DNA of 64,000 nt, taken from positions 29,698,001 to 29,762,000 of the forward strand of contig OZ024742.1 in the NCBI GenBank assembly GCA_964016885.1. Direction: 5' to 3'. The notes beneath the pieces are model-generated. The model was given only the letters and a program-made list of their open reading frames with translations. It made no database searches and was not told where the DNA came from. Shown here piece after piece: positions 29,466-43,462 of the stretch. The DNA comes from Eledone cirrhosa (Eukaryota). Both the position numbers and the translations under genes were made by a program. Every line of letters starts with the position of its first letter. Within the stretch, counting starts at the first letter, position 1.

Positions 29466-30045
29466 ACTCAGATCTAATGGTTATCCCAAGCGACTGATTA
29501 ACGGAATTAGAGACCCCAGACCCAGTAGACTGACACCCACTAGAAAACTTAATATTAGCAGGTGCTTCTTTAAAATCCCCCACCTGAGTGAATATACCAC
29601 GAACGCCATCCGCAGGGCCATACGGACGGAGGGACTTGACATACATTTGGCCCACACAGGACCTTCGCTGCGAAGATGCCTCTCCAACAAACCCTACGAG
29701 GCAGATGGGACGTGTTCCCTCAGCAACTGCCCGATACGGGGGGCAGATTGCCTACGCACCTATGTCGTATATAAGATTCAATGCGATAAATGTAACAAGT
29801 TTTACATAGGTAGCACCATCCGACCCCTACATGTTCGTATCAAGGAACATATCAACACCAACGCATCTTCCTTCCGTAAACATATCCTTAAATGCGGAAA
29901 CCCACAGGGTAGACCCTTGGTCACAGTCCTAGCGACTGAACGCAGCATCGGATCCTTAAGGATAAAGGAAGCACTTGTTATTAAGAACCTCAGACCCCCA
30001 CTTAACAACCGGGCTGAGAGAAATGAGCTGACATGGCTAACTTAA
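29466..30045 (+). pseudogene. PLE thumb end plus GIY-YIG endonuclease
   Basis: Open frame LRSNGYP..YIGST..PPLN. Duplicates at 33249-33828 (+) and 31699-32278 (-). Confidence 0.9.
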
Positions 30046-30647
30046 CCATAATGACCATTCACAGCCTACGGCCTGCTATCTTCACACACACGCACGTATA
30101 TGCATACCCATACGCATACACACACACATCTATATTTATACACGCACACATGTTTTTACAACCTACCACCTTTCACACCCTTTGATTTCCAGCTTCTACA
30201 GCCCACTATCTTTCACACACAAACGCACTCACACATATACACACACAGTTACACACACATGTATACCCATACGCTTACACACACACATCTATATTTATAC
30301 ACGCACACATATTTTACAACCTACCACCTTTCACACCCTTTGATTTCCAACTTCTACAGCCCACTATCTTTCACACACACACACACTCACACATATACAC
30401 ACTTACACTTATACACACACAGTTACACACATATATATTTACATACACATATCTTACGGCTTTCACACGCTAACGCACCCTCTTGATTTAACCCATTTGG
30501 TCAGTAGCTTTTGCCACAGCCTATCACGCGCACGCGCATTCTTTCCCTCGTTTAAATTTTAAATATTTTTCTCCCCATAACGGCATTCCTGTCTTAACGA
30601 CATCACAACTTTCTCCGCTTGGCCTGTTTCCCCCCTTTTGGAACTTT

Positions 30648-30683
30648 TCCCCCGTTGATGGGCGTGAGCCCGAAATATTGGGA
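30648..30683 (+). ncRNA. Variant minimal hammerhead-like motif (also 34431-34466 +, 27278-27313 -, 31061-31096 -)
   Basis: TCCC-CCGTTGA-T-GGGC-gtga-GCCC-GAAA-TA-TT-GGGA: HHR topology with a non-canonical core, located in the pseudo-LTR. Confidence 0.5.
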
Positions 30684-30873
30684 TTAAACCTCTACTACGG
30701 TAACCCTTCTACCTTTGTTTTGTTTTCATCTTTGTCTCTCTCAATTTTCACTTTCACCTGTTTTTCCTATCAATATTTCACTTCCTACCTCGAGATTTCC
30801 CTTTGCATTGTTGTGGCTTTCTTAAATACGTATTTTTACACATTTCACGATGCTTCAAGCAAACTTTAACACC

Positions 30874-30908
<35 letters not shown>

Positions 30909-30913
<5 letters not shown>

Positions 30914-33900
30914 CGTATTTAAGAAAGCCACAACAATGCAAAGGGAAATCTCGAGGTAGGAAGTGAAATATAGATAGGAAAAACAGGTGAAAGTGAAAAT
31001 TGAGAGAGACAAAGATGAAAACAAAACAAAGGTAGAAGGGTTACCGTAGTAGAGATTTAATCCCAATATTTCGGGCTCACGCCCATCAACGGGGGAAAAG
31101 TTCCAAAAGGGGGGAAACAGGCCAAGCGGAGAAAGTTGTGATGTCGTTAAGACAGGAATGCCGTTATGGGGAGAAAAATATTTAAAATTTAAACGAGGGA
31201 AAGAATGCGCGTGCGCGTGATAGGCTGTGGCAAAAGCTACTGACCAAATGGGTTAAATCAAGAGGGTGCGTTAGCGTGTGAAAGCCGTAAGATATGTGTA
31301 TGTAAATATATATGTGTGTAACTGTGTGTGTATAAGTGTAAGTGTGTATATGTGTGAGTGTGTGTGTGTGTGAAAGATAGTGGGCTGTAGAAGTTGGAAA
31401 TCAAAGGGTGTGAAAGGTGGTAGGTTGTAAAATATGTGTGCGTGTATAAATATAGATGTGTGTGTGTAAGCGTATGGGTATACATGTGTGTGTAACTGTG
31501 TGTGTATATGTGTGAGTGTGTGTGTGTGTGAAAGATAGTGGGCTGTAGAAGCTGGAAATCAAAGGGTGTGAAAGGTGGTAGGTTGTAAAAACATGTGTGC
31601 GTGTATAAATATAGATGTGTGTGTGTATGCGTATGGGTATGCATATACGTGCGTGTGTGTGAAGATAGCAGGCCGTAGGCTGTGAATGGTCATTATGGTT
31701 AAGTTAGCCATGTCAGCTCATTTCTCTCAGCCCGGTTGTTAAGTGGGGGTCTGAGGTTCTTAATAACAAGTGCTTCCTTTATCCTTAAGGATCCGATGCT
31801 GCGTTCAGTCGCTAGGACTGTGACCAAGGGTCTACCCTGTGGGTTTCCGCATTTAAGGATATGTTTACGGAAGGAAAATGCGTTGGTGTTGATATGTTCC
31901 TTGATACGAACATGTAGGGGTCGGATGGTGCTACCTATGTAAAACTTGTTACATTTATCGCATTGAATCTTATATACGACATAGGTGCGTAGGCAATCTG
32001 CCCCCCGTATCGGGCAGTTGCTGAGGGAACACGTCCCATCTGCCTCGTAGGGTTTTTTGGAGAGGCATCTTCGCAGCGAAGGTCCTGTGTGGGCCAAATG
32101 TATGTCAAGTCCCTCCGTCCGTATGGCCCTGCGGATGGCGTTCGTGGTATATTCACTCAGGTGGGGGATTTTAAAGAAGCACCTGCTAATATTAAGTTTT
32201 CTAGTGGGTGTCAGTCTACTGGGTCTGGGGTCTCTAATTCCGTTAATCAGTCGCTTGGGATAACCATTAGATCTGAGTGATAACCATTAGCTGTCGACCT
32301 GTTGACCGAACGAGTCCGAGCATCTAACTTACACTGCTTCGGACTCACACACACGGACATCCACCAACTCCTCTCCTTCGTTGTGGATAATGCACTCTTC
32401 AATTTCCTCGACCACACGTACAAACAAATCTCTGGGCTACCTATGGGCTCTAGTCTGTCCGGCATACTTGCGATCTCGTACATGGACCACCTGGAACGCA
32501 AGGCACTCAATACCTGCCAACCCAACGCCGTCGCCTTCTACTCCAGATACGTTGATGATATCCTGATACTTACTTCTTCCCGGGAGATGGCGAATGAAAT
32601 TCACCAAATCTTCAACGATACTGACCAGCACATCGATTTCACCATCGAACACCCAGGAGAAGACGGGTCACTCGCCCTCCTCGACTTCCGTATCAACATC
32701 TCTGAAGAAGGAGACATAAACACCACCTTCTACCGCAAAGCAGCGTGCAAGGACTTATTTGTGCATTATAACTCAGCCCTCCCCAACAACGCTAAGAGAG
32801 GTTATGTCCTAAATGAACTGACACGGATCACTAACAGATGCAGCGACCCGATGGGTGGTCTCACCCATACCACGCAATTCCGTAATCTACTCAGATCTAA
32901 TGGTTATCCCAAGCGACTGATTAACGGAATTAGAGACCCCAAACCCAGTAGACTGACACCCACTAGAAAACTTAATATTAGCAGGTGCTTCTTTAAAATC
33001 CCCCACCTGAGTGAATATACCACGAACGCGTTCCAGGTGGTCCATGTACGAGATCGCAAGTATGCCGGACAGACTAGAGCCCATAGGTAGCCCAGAGATT
33101 TGTTTGTACGTGTGGTCGAGGAAATTGAAGAGTGCATTATCCACAACGAAGGAGAGGAGTTGGTGGATGTCCGTGTGTGTGAGTCCGAAGCAGTGTAAGT
33201 TAGATGCTCGGACTCGTTCGGTCAACAGGTCGACAGCTAATGGTTATCACTCAGATCTAATGGTTATCCCAAGCGACTGATTAACGGAATTAGAGACCCC
33301 AGACCCAGTAGACTGACACCCACTAGAAAACTTAATATTAGCAGGTGCTTCTTTAAAATCCCCCACCTGAGTGAATATACCACGAACGCCATCCGCAGGG
33401 CCATACGGACGGAGGGACTTGACATACATTTGGCCCACACAGGACCTTCGCTGCGAAGATGCCTCTCCAACAAACCCTACGAGGCAGATGGGACGTGTTC
33501 CCTCAGCAACTGCCCGATACGGGGGGCAGATTGCCTACGCACCTATGTCGTATATAAGATTCAATGCGATAAATGTAACAAGTTTTACATAGGTAGCACC
33601 ATCCGACCCCTACATGTTCGTATCAAGGAACATATCAACACCAACGCATCTTCCTTCCGTAAACATATCCTTAAATGCGGAAACCCACAGGGTAGACCCT
33701 TGGTCACAGTCCTAGCGACTGAACGCAGCATCGGATCCTTAAGGATAAAGGAAGCACTTGTTATTAAGAACCTCAGACCCCCACTTAACAACCGGGCTGA
33801 GAGAAATGAGCTGACATGGCTAACTTAACCATAATGACCATTCACAGCCTACGGCCTGCTATCTTCACACACACGCACGTATATGCATACCCATACGCAT

Positions 33901-34656
33901 ACACACACACATCTATATTTATACACGCACACATGTTTTTACAACCTACCACCTTTCACACCCTTTGATTTCCAGCTTCTACAGCCCACTATCTTTCACA
34001 CACAAACGCACTCACACATATACACACACAGTTACACACACATGTATACCCATACGCTTACACACACACATCTATATTTATACACGCACACATATTTTAC
34101 AACCTACCACCTTTCACACCCTTTGATTTCCAACTTCTACAGCCCACTATCTTTCACACACACACACACTCACACATATACACACTTACACTTATACACA
34201 CACAGTTACACACATATATATTTACATACACATATCTTACGGCTTTCACACGCTAACGCACCCTCTTGATTTAACCCATTTGGTCAGTAGCTTTTGCCAC
34301 AGCCTATCACGCGCACGCGCATTCTTTCCCTCGTTTAAATTTTAAATATTTTTCTCCCCATAACGGCATTCCTGTCTTAACGACATCACAACTTTCTCCG
34401 CTTGGCCTGTTTCCCCCCTTTTGGAACTTTTCCCCCGTTGATGGGCGTGAGCCCGAAATATTGGGATTAAATCTCTACTACGGTAACCCTTCTACCTTTG
34501 TTTTGTTTTCATCTTTGTCTCTCTCAATTTTCACTTTCACCTGTTTTTCCTATCAATATTTCACTTCCTACCTCGAGATTTCCCTTTGCATTGTTGTGGC
34601 TTTCTTAAATACGTATTTTTACACATTTCACAATGCTTCAAGCAAACTTTAACACC

Positions 34657-34660
<4 letters not shown>
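30909..34660 (+). mobile_element. Palindromic PLE unit 2: tandem duplicate of unit 1 (period 3783 bp)
   Basis: ORFs recur at +3783 with few SNPs; the units are separated by a short (TA)n. Confidence 0.95.
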
Positions 34661-34703
<43 letters not shown>

Positions 34704-34706
<3 letters not shown>

Positions 34707-34908
34707 AACAAGTAAGACCCCGACGGCTGAGCTCAACCCGTTTCGACGGCTAATTCTGGACTGAATTCAGTCCAGAATTAGCCGTCGAAACGGCTTGAGC
34801 TCAGCCGTCGGGGTCTTACTTGTTCCTATTACCCACTCTACTACCCTAAGTATTGAGTACTTTGGTGCGTTATGGTCCCCCTGGTTCCTTACCACATTTC
34901 CTTCGTTA
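34704..34908 (+). mobile_element. Short fold-back PLE-type element (family copy 2)
   Basis: Loop-less ~125-bp palindrome centred on GAATTC (34763-34768) plus an ~80-nt tail. Confidence 0.8.
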
Positions 34909-34925
34909 TATATATATATATAACG

Positions 34926-34981
<56 letters not shown>

Positions 34982-35344
34982 CGGTTGACGATATGTTTGA
35001 TCGGATTCTGCATGCTGCCGAAGTGTTTGATAAATAATGGAGCGGAGTTAACGCGAACTAGCTGCGATCAATTATTTGTCGGAGATTTCCCCGTTAGAAA
35101 ATTTACTCTTAAAGCTTGCTGGATTTGATTATGTATATGGTTAATTATGCTGATTAGAGGAAGAAATAGTATATATTTTAATATCTGATTGATTCTATAG
35201 ACACGTTTTATGATATATATATATATATATATATATAGTAATAATAATAAATAATATATATATATATAGTAATAAGAATAGATCCAAAGAGGGCTCGATA
35301 AGGATAAATATATATCAAATATATAAGAACCGTAGAGCAAATAT

Positions 35345-38120
35345 TTATTAAAATAACAGATTAAAGTTTAAGCAAAGAATCGCTGTTTTCATCCTTAACG
35401 GGATCTTCTGAAACTAACAAAGTCAATCTGTAAACGCAGAACTGGATATTTCAAAAAACGTTGCAACCGGAGGAAAACAGGAAGACGATACTTTGGTTCG
35501 TGGGAACGTTCGCTGGCTAAGAACGGGAAAAAACGAATATAATACGTCATTAATAGGAGCGGTGAAAAACAATTACGCGCAAAGACAGAACCACGTTTAT
35601 GGTATAAAAGAAGTCGTAGACTAATATTCTCTTAGGTGGTTCATAGAGACGTTCTCTGGCAATGAACGAAAAAAACGAAGATAATAGGTCATATGTGGAG
35701 CGTGGAGAACAATAGCACGCAAAGACAAAACCACGTAAATGGTATAGCAGAAGTCGTAGACTAAATTCTAACTAGGAGACCAAATGAATCTCCGCTACGG
35801 AGTTAAGAACAAAGTAAATAAATACAATACAGAAGTAATAGAAATAAATAAATACATACACGCAAACAGAAACGTACATACGCAAGCATACGCAAAAACT
35901 TACCATAGGTAAACAAAACCACGCACATATAAATATGTGTGTGTAAGCGTGTATACAAATAAATAAATAATTATATAAACGTATATAAATAAATAAATAC
36001 GTATATAACAAGCGCACACACATACCTACATGTAAATACACGAATGTTCGGAGACGTAAGTCAACCAAAACATGAAGTACACATATACACACACCCACCA
36101 TACGTACGAACCTGCATACTCACATACTCACGCAGACGCAAAACTCCCGTATACACATAGCCAAACCCTAAATACCAGAATATGTAAAAAAAATTATACG
36201 CCATAGCAATGAAATATACGTACGAGAAGGTATACGTACCTTCACAAAACATACGGATAATATATACTTACCTATGCAAATAAGTAAAGGTATAAACAAA
36301 ACACATACTTAGCTCCAACGTCGAGACGTAAAATATCCACGTATAGATCGTACTATCCGTTAGGGTATAACGTGGGGCTGTAATACAGGAAAGTTTTGTG
36401 CAATTTATGTTTACAAGCCGAAATTGCCTCAGATTTTTTGTTTAAGATGTGGTCTGTGGCGTAGAGTATTTCCAGGGCCTCAGCGGCGCAGGGGTCACAT
36501 GGTCTTTTATTTCCGTTATACGATCTAGCCCTAGCTAGGATCTCCCGGTGTAACATATATTGGGTGTGGTTGTCTTTTAGACTCCAGATATAAGCTGAAA
36601 GTGACGTCATATTCCTTCTTAGAGGGTAACGAAAAGAATGGGTATACATGTAAAGACGCTGCTTGAATCTATTAGCGGTTAACCCTATGTAGGCCCTACG
36701 GGACGTGGGTGTTACAACCTTACAGTTGTAGATAATGTTACTAGAGAGGCATTTCCCGGATAGGGGGCAATCAACCCGATTCCTACAATTACAGTTAGTA
36801 CTAACTACAGGGTTGCACGTGTTCCTACGGCTAGGTAGTTTAGCTAAATTTGAAGCTGTGATGTTATGTGCAAGGTTAGGAGTCGTAGAGTAAGAAATTT
36901 TAATAGTATTTCTATTAAAAATTTTACTATATTTATGTGTAGGGGGAAAATGCTTCGTAATAAGGGAAAGAAAGATCTTAGCTAACGGTGTGGCCACTTC
37001 CATATTATATGGTGGGTTATACCAACAAATGCGACGGGATCTATTTCTTCTAGGTCTATTTTCGTACTTCTGTATATACTACCTTATCGACAAATCCACT
37101 TCGAGCAAGAGCTTCATTGTAATAAGTGGAATGGTCGTTGAAAATACGCTCGTTGGTGGAAAGACGGGAAAGCCTCAACGAAACGTTTCTTACCAGGTTC
37201 TTGGTTATGCTGGCAGGATGGTTGGAATGCTTACTTATGTAATTAAGCGTATCATTCGGCTTTCTATACGGGTAATACAACCCATTCAATAAGTTGAGGG
37301 TAACGTCGAGGTAATTAACGACCGAGAGATTGGCCTCAACCTGTATAGAGAGGTTGAAGCCTTTAAAGAAGACTGTGAGTTCTTTTCTGAACCTGTCGCA
37401 AGCACGAGGTCCGCACTTAGTCATGGTCAAAAGACCATCGTCACGGTACAAACCACCGCCCGCGTTGGGGAATTCGTCCTTGATAGAGAAAAGAAGGAAA
37501 AGACCGATAATATCAGTAACCTCCGCAGAATCACTGGCGCCCATACTCACGTCGAATGGGGTACTATTGGATTTTTTAATCCAAATAGAGTCGTCGAAAT
37601 TAATCACCGACTTACGGGCATTGAGGATGACATCAACTTCGAAATCCTTAACCACTGTGAGTGTTTTAGCGAAATTGATAGCTCTAAGTAGAAGTGGTAA
37701 AGTGATGGAGGAGTAGTAATTGTTGATGTCGAATTGGATAAAACGGCAATGTTCCTTGTTAGATATGCCGTTGAACCAATCAATCACCGCGAAGGAATTG
37801 TTCCACAGTGCAAGAGGGGCCAAACTTCTAATTACAGGAATAATTCTATCAAGAATCGTCTTACTAAGTCTACCTAAATCGGACTTCGTAGGGTTAATAA
37901 GCCGAATAGAGGGGTTGTTCGGAAAATTGAATTTGTGATCCTTCAGGGTAAAGTGGGGAGAAATAGGGTCCAGAGTTTCGGTCCGGTCCAGGATGTTGAG
38001 ATCAGATGTGATTTTAAACCCAGCATCGTTTCCCCAACGCGGGCGGTGGTTTGTACCGTGACGATGGTCTTTTGACCATGACTAAGTGCGGACCTCGTGC
38101 TTGCGACAGGTTCAGAAAAG
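35345..38120 (-). mobile_element. 5'-truncated PLE with 3' UTR and an inverted 5' segment
   Basis: RT and GIY-YIG on the minus strand; 38030-38120 is an inverted copy of 37382-37472. Confidence 0.9.
36353..38010 (-). pseudogene. PLE RT plus GIY-YIG, one frame break near 37056
   Basis: TLKDHK..NNPSIRLINP, FIQFDINNYY, FDVSMGASD, GLYRDDGL, NYLDVTLNL, WYNPPY, CNCRNRVDCPL, YIGLT..FKQRL. Confidence 0.93.
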
Positions 38121-38502
38121 TCTCCAGACGCTGGAAGAAGTCGGGTCGTTCAGCTCCGAAAGGGGAGTAGACGGCGACCAGTCTCAAGGCCGCACCTCCA
38201 CTACTGCCAACGTCTAGCACCAACAAACGACCTTCCGGGTCCGAGTGAACATCCTGTACGGCGAGACCCAGGTGTTTTTCCAGCAGTACGACAACCCCAC
38301 CCCCACCTCCAGGTTGACAGAGAGATGCGTGCACCTCAAAGTCATCGAAGGTAGGGGCCAGCTGCCGCACGACGCTGATCCGAGTCTCACAGATAACCAT
38401 TACATTTATACCATGTGACCTGAGGTCATTTAGAAGCTTTGCTTGCTTCCAAGTTGAGCCCAGGCCACGTGCATTCAAACATCCTACTCTTAACACATCC
38501 AT
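38121..38502 (-). pseudogene. LINE ORF2 APE endonuclease N-terminal fragment
   Basis: EEP-family motifs (NARGL, ETR); truncated by the PLE junction. Confidence 0.88.
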
Positions 38503-38535
38503 GTGGGCGGTAAAGCCAAAGGAGAGTGTAAAGAC

Positions 38536-39760
38536 CTACCTTTCTGCTTCCCGGGGTTCGGGTCGCACGACTTCCGTGAGGTCGGGGGTGTTGGGTGAAG
38601 GGGTGTCTTGTGGTGGTGTGGGGTCGTCAGTGTGTGGTGGGGTTGGGGTGTTTGGAGTTTTGTTGGGGAGGGGAAGGGGAGGGGGAAAGCTTTTTAGGAG
38701 GACGCGGTTTATGGGTTTCATAGAGGGTGGTCCTACGTCCTCCTTAAAATCCTTTTTTAGTTTTTGGTAGAGGTTCATTGGGACCTTTATTAATTTTAGT
38801 TGTGGATTGTTTTCTGAAAAAACAAAGTTTACCCCTTCGGTTTGTACCGAAGTGTTATTGTTTATGAGTTCATTTAATTTATTATTGTTTCTGTTGATGT
38901 AAGTATAGTGTAATGTCTTTTTTTTCGGATGGTGTGAGTGTTTCGAAGAGGGGGGGGGCAGGTTTGGTTTTGTTTGTTGCTGGAGGGGTGTTTTGTGTTT
39001 TGTTGGATTGTGTTGACATTTGGGTAGGGGCTGTTTGGCCTTGTGTGTTTTGCACATGTTTTCTTTTTTTCCTTTTAATCTGTCTGAAGGACTCCGTTTC
39101 TTCCTCCGAATTCGTTGGGTTATCTTCAGTGTTGGAGGGAAGAGGTATGTTTGCTGGTAGTGTTTCCGTGTTAGTTTTCTTTGTGGGGGAGATGGATGTC
39201 ACTATGTTAGACTGTGTTGTGTGTTGTTGCTGCAGTGGTTGTGTTGTTTTATTGAGTGAGGGGTTGGGTGGGACTGTGTTTTGTTTTTGGGTAATGTGCT
39301 GTGTCTGTTTGTGCTGTGGTGGTGGTGTAGTTTTACTGAGGGACGGGTTGGGTGGGACTGAGTTTTGTTGTTTGTTTATCTGTTGTGGTGTTGGTGGAGT
39401 TGGTGTTGGTAGCAGGGTTTTCTTCTTGTTGAGTTGGGGACAAGCCGCCTTCAGGTGCCATCTGCCTGCACAAATATGACAGGACGGCCTTCTCCCCTCC
39501 ACGCTAATGTTTATATACCCGTGGCCCTCTAATAGGATTCTGTCGGGTATTTGGGCAATGCGTTCAGGCTTCATTTGTACTACAAGTTCTATACCTGTTC
39601 CACTGAACGCATTGCCTGTGGTTTTCCCAATGGAAATCACGTTGTCATTCGTTGGATCGATGAAGCCAGCTATGAACCAGCAGTAGTCCATATCTGGCAT
39701 CATCGCATCCAGCCATATGCGCTGAGTTCTTTTACCCATATAAGATGAATACAAAAGATT
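38536..39760 (-). pseudogene. LINE ORF1 (gag-like) C-terminal part
   Basis: YMGKRTQRI..VEGRRPSCHICAGRWHLKAAC (CX2CX4HX4C) plus a Pro/Thr-rich tail; frameshifted. Confidence 0.8.
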
Positions 39761-40877
39761 CTTTGACTTTGCTTTAACAATAAGCAACACAACCGTGTGG
39801 CGGGACGGGAAAATGGCCACGAAATCTCACAAAAACACCATACATCTAACCCCTAACGGCATTAACAAACTTCTTTTTCAGTTTTCAGATAGAACTAGTG
39901 TCTGTACACTGGTGATGTGTGAACTATTTGACTTTGAAAAACTTTGAACTTATTGAGCAATTTCTCTGCTCCCCTAGATTGACTTTGAATTATCAGTTTG
40001 TTACATTCACATATTTCTTTGTAGAATGCATTTACTTGTTTTTTGCTATTTGCTTGCTCATGGTTTTTGTTCATTCACATTCTTTGCTGTTTTACATGCC
40101 TGCATATGCACACATTATTTTTATCACACACCAACATGTTCTTGGTATATGTTCTTCAAACGTAATATTCTGCGAGTCCCTTTTCACCTGGTTGAGATGC
40201 TGGCAGCTCACAGAGCTTAATCCACTGGATTCAAACAGTCACCGCAACACGAGAATACTAATTGCCGCTGAACTCAAACAGCTTCGCATCTCGTTGCACA
40301 CTGATCGTCCATGACGGCCATCCGTCTTGTTGTTTTTGCCCGACTCGCTGGGAAAGCAACAAATTGAACTGGACTTGTTAGCATTTCGGCCACTTCTGTG
40401 GATTCGCCCGAATTATGGAATTTACACTGCAACCCACCTACAAATTAAACTTGCCTTTTGTTCTTTACAAAGCAACCAGCCATTTTTTCCTGGCTCCACA
40501 GCACATTCGACAATACATCTGGGGGCCATCATTTTCTCGCCAGCACTGGTAAACTACCATAATAGCTTCGTTCACAGCTACTGGTACAACGCTTACCATT
40601 AACATTTAATGCAAGAACAGCAACTTCGCCCATGTCAGACTTTATCCGTTTTTTGTTAGACCTTTGGCGGTCACGTATAAACAACAAAACAACTGGTCAT
40701 TTGACACATCGGCTCAACACGGCCCGTAGCGCCTCATTTTTTGTTCTTGCATGCAACCTTCTGCTCAATTATTGTTTTCACTGATGTGCTCTTTCAGCAT
40801 TTGTTCTTGCTGATTTAATATGTGAGTCCTTGGTTTCTTCGTTATCGATTTTCGGCTGAAAATCTGGTTGGAGGTGA

Positions 40878-41332
40878 TGTAGTGACCTACATTCCGCGGG
40901 CTCACATACATTCTCTGTGCGTGATTTGGCTCAGTTCAGCCAATCAGCGCCAGTAGAAGAGGATGTATCCCTACGCGCCCTGAGGAAGAAATTCACCGCG
41001 AAGATTTGAAGAATCTCGCTCTTGTACCGAAAACTTCAAGCCAGCAACACGCATAATGTAACAGTGAGATATTGCACCCCTAGCCTCGCCGGCTTAACGG
41101 CGCAATGGCACATTCCCTTTTGTAACCTCTTTTTACCTGTAACTTCAACCATATAAATAAACAGACATTTCATCTCTAATTACTCGTGTCTCAATAACAT
41201 CTTTTATTCATGCTGCTGGAATTGGCGACCTGACGAAAGGAATATTGTAAATAGATGGTAAATAGATCGAGGGACCTTCCCTCACGTCTATGTCAACAAG
41301 ATAATCCAACGAGGATACTATCACTTACCACA
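40878..41332 (+). mobile_element. LTR (455 bp) of an LTR retrotransposon, with flanking PPT-like and PBS-like sequences
   Basis: Termini TGTAGTGA...TTACCACA (imperfect inverted repeat, TG..CA); internal AATAAA; purine tract GGAGGTGA before and C-TGGCAAC after. Confidence 0.65.
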
Positions 41333-42418
41333 CTGGCAACTAACGACCACTGATTCTACCACCCTGCTAAACCGGCGATAACATCTATAACTAATACTGC
41401 TAAAAAGGTAAAATTTGTCGAACGAATCGGCGACAAAGCATATTTTTTTGCCGTCGATTCGTTCTTAATAATAATGGCTAGGCTTCCATACAGTCTGTCT
41501 CTTCTTATGAAAGTGGCTCCATTGAATACTTCTCTAAGTACCGCTTTAATTTCTGCTTGTGTTGGTTGATGTGGTTTTTTTTGAGATGTTGTTGATGGTG
41601 CGGAAAACGACCGTCCGACTTTCAATATCTTTGGTGAGTTCTTGGGGCATTTTTACCGACAAGGCTCCATTTTCCCCTTGAGTTATGAATTGTTTGGCGT
41701 TTTTTATTCTTTGTGCCACATCTGAAATATTTTCAGGTATGTACGTTAAAGATTTTTTTGTTGTTTGTGCAAATGAGATGTTATTGGTGTTGACTTTGTC
41801 GTCTGTTTTGCTTTCTGTTATGATGTTGTTTTCAAATGTTATTTTTGTGTTTGTTGTTTCTTTGTTTGTGGTATTAATATTGTCATGCAATTCTTTCAAA
41901 TTTTTTTGTTGTTGGAATCAATCTCCAGATTTGTGTTTTCGTCATTTTTCTCCGCACATTCGTCTGTTTTTATTTTATTTTTTCTTTCCTTCTCTATGAC
42001 GTTAGTTGGGAAGGAAGGGGGGGACTAAAGCGTGCGAGCTTACAACTCTTACCGATGTCCCGCCCACCACTATTTTCGTTAGCTTCATTTAACATTTCTT
42101 CCAGACGATTGAAATTTTATGCAACAAAATTTTTTTTAAACAGGTTTTTCACCCCTGGGAGGGGCGAAAATGAGCTGACAGTTTAGACGGGGGGTTAAGC
42201 TACACAATAGTATCAAAATTAAAATTAAACTTACAAAATTTCCGCAATAAATTGGAATAAAACTTCTGCGCGAAGTGAATTACGTCTACACTATCGAACA
42301 GACGACAGCTAGATTAATAGATAGATTGATAGATAGATAAATAGAATAGAATAGATAGATATCTTTATTTATTTATTGTTTATTTATTTACTTTTTTTTA
42401 TTTATTTATTAATTTATT

Positions 42419-42530
<112 letters not shown>

Positions 42531-42548
42531 TATTGGTAAATAGATAGA

Positions 42549-42579
<31 letters not shown>

Positions 42580-42819
42580 CACAGATAGGTAAGTATATGA
42601 ATAAATAAATAACTAGGGGAGGAAACCCTGTCGATATATGTTAAGGAAAGCAATAATGGGTGGAGGAGGAGGAGGTCACACATTTGTCAACTCAATGCAA
42701 ATATCAATATGTCATCTCAGCTTTAATTCACTGCAGACATATTTTGTGTTCAATATTTGCAAATTTTCTATTGAGACCTTAGTTATTGCTAAATTTAGAT
42801 GGAATATTTCACTTCCTTT

Positions 42820-43051
42820 CTCCCTTCTCTCTCCCTTCTACCTCTCCCTTCTACATCTTGCTTCTCTCTATCTCTCTTCTACCTCTCTCTCACTGTCACT
42901 TCTACCTCTCTCTCTCTCTCTCCCTTCTACTTCTCCCTTCTACAATCCCCCTCTCTCTCTCTCTCTGCTCTACTCTCTCCCTCTCTCCCTCTCACCCTAT
43001 CTCTCTCTCCTCTCTTTTGCTCTCTTTCTCTCCTCTCTCCTCTCTCCACCT

Positions 43052-43085
<34 letters not shown>

Positions 43086-43330
43086 CTATCTCTCCCTCTC
43101 TCTCACCCTATCTCTCTCCTCCCTCTCACCCCCTCTCTCCCCTCTCCACCTCCTCTCTCTCTCACCTCTCACCCTCTCAACCTATCTCTCCTCTCTCCCT
43201 CTCCCTCTCTCTCTCCCTCTCTCTCTCCCTCTCTCTCTCTCTCACCCTATCTCTCCCTCTCTCTCACCCTCTCTCTGCCTCTCACCCTATCTCTCTCCAC
43301 CCTCTCTCCCCCTCTCTCCCTCTCTCTCAC
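42820..43330. repeat. Polypyrimidine (CT)-rich tract
   Basis: Seen directly. Confidence 0.95.
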
Positions 43331-43462
43331 CACCATCACTAGATTATCGATATATTCAATATTATATTTCACACAATCCAACTGGAAGCCCAACTGAGTA
43401 ATCTGTTTACACTAATGCACAAATCTATAGATTTTAAGACTTCACTGCTTTTTCGGTAATTT

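Larger units (their letters stand above)
38121..42306 (-). mobile_element. 5' half of a Tx1/L1-like LINE (5' UTR, ORF1, start of ORF2), interrupted and 3'-deleted
   Basis: AP-endonuclease N-terminus VGCLNARGL..ICETR..PEGRLLVLDV..VYSP; ORF1 with a CCHC knuckle; ORF1-like N-terminal pieces at 41395-41899. The 5' boundary is approximate. Confidence 0.8.

Noticed and set aside
37330-39479. Plus-strand ORFs overlapping PLE/LINE genes
   Set aside because: Antisense shadows of TE coding sequence.
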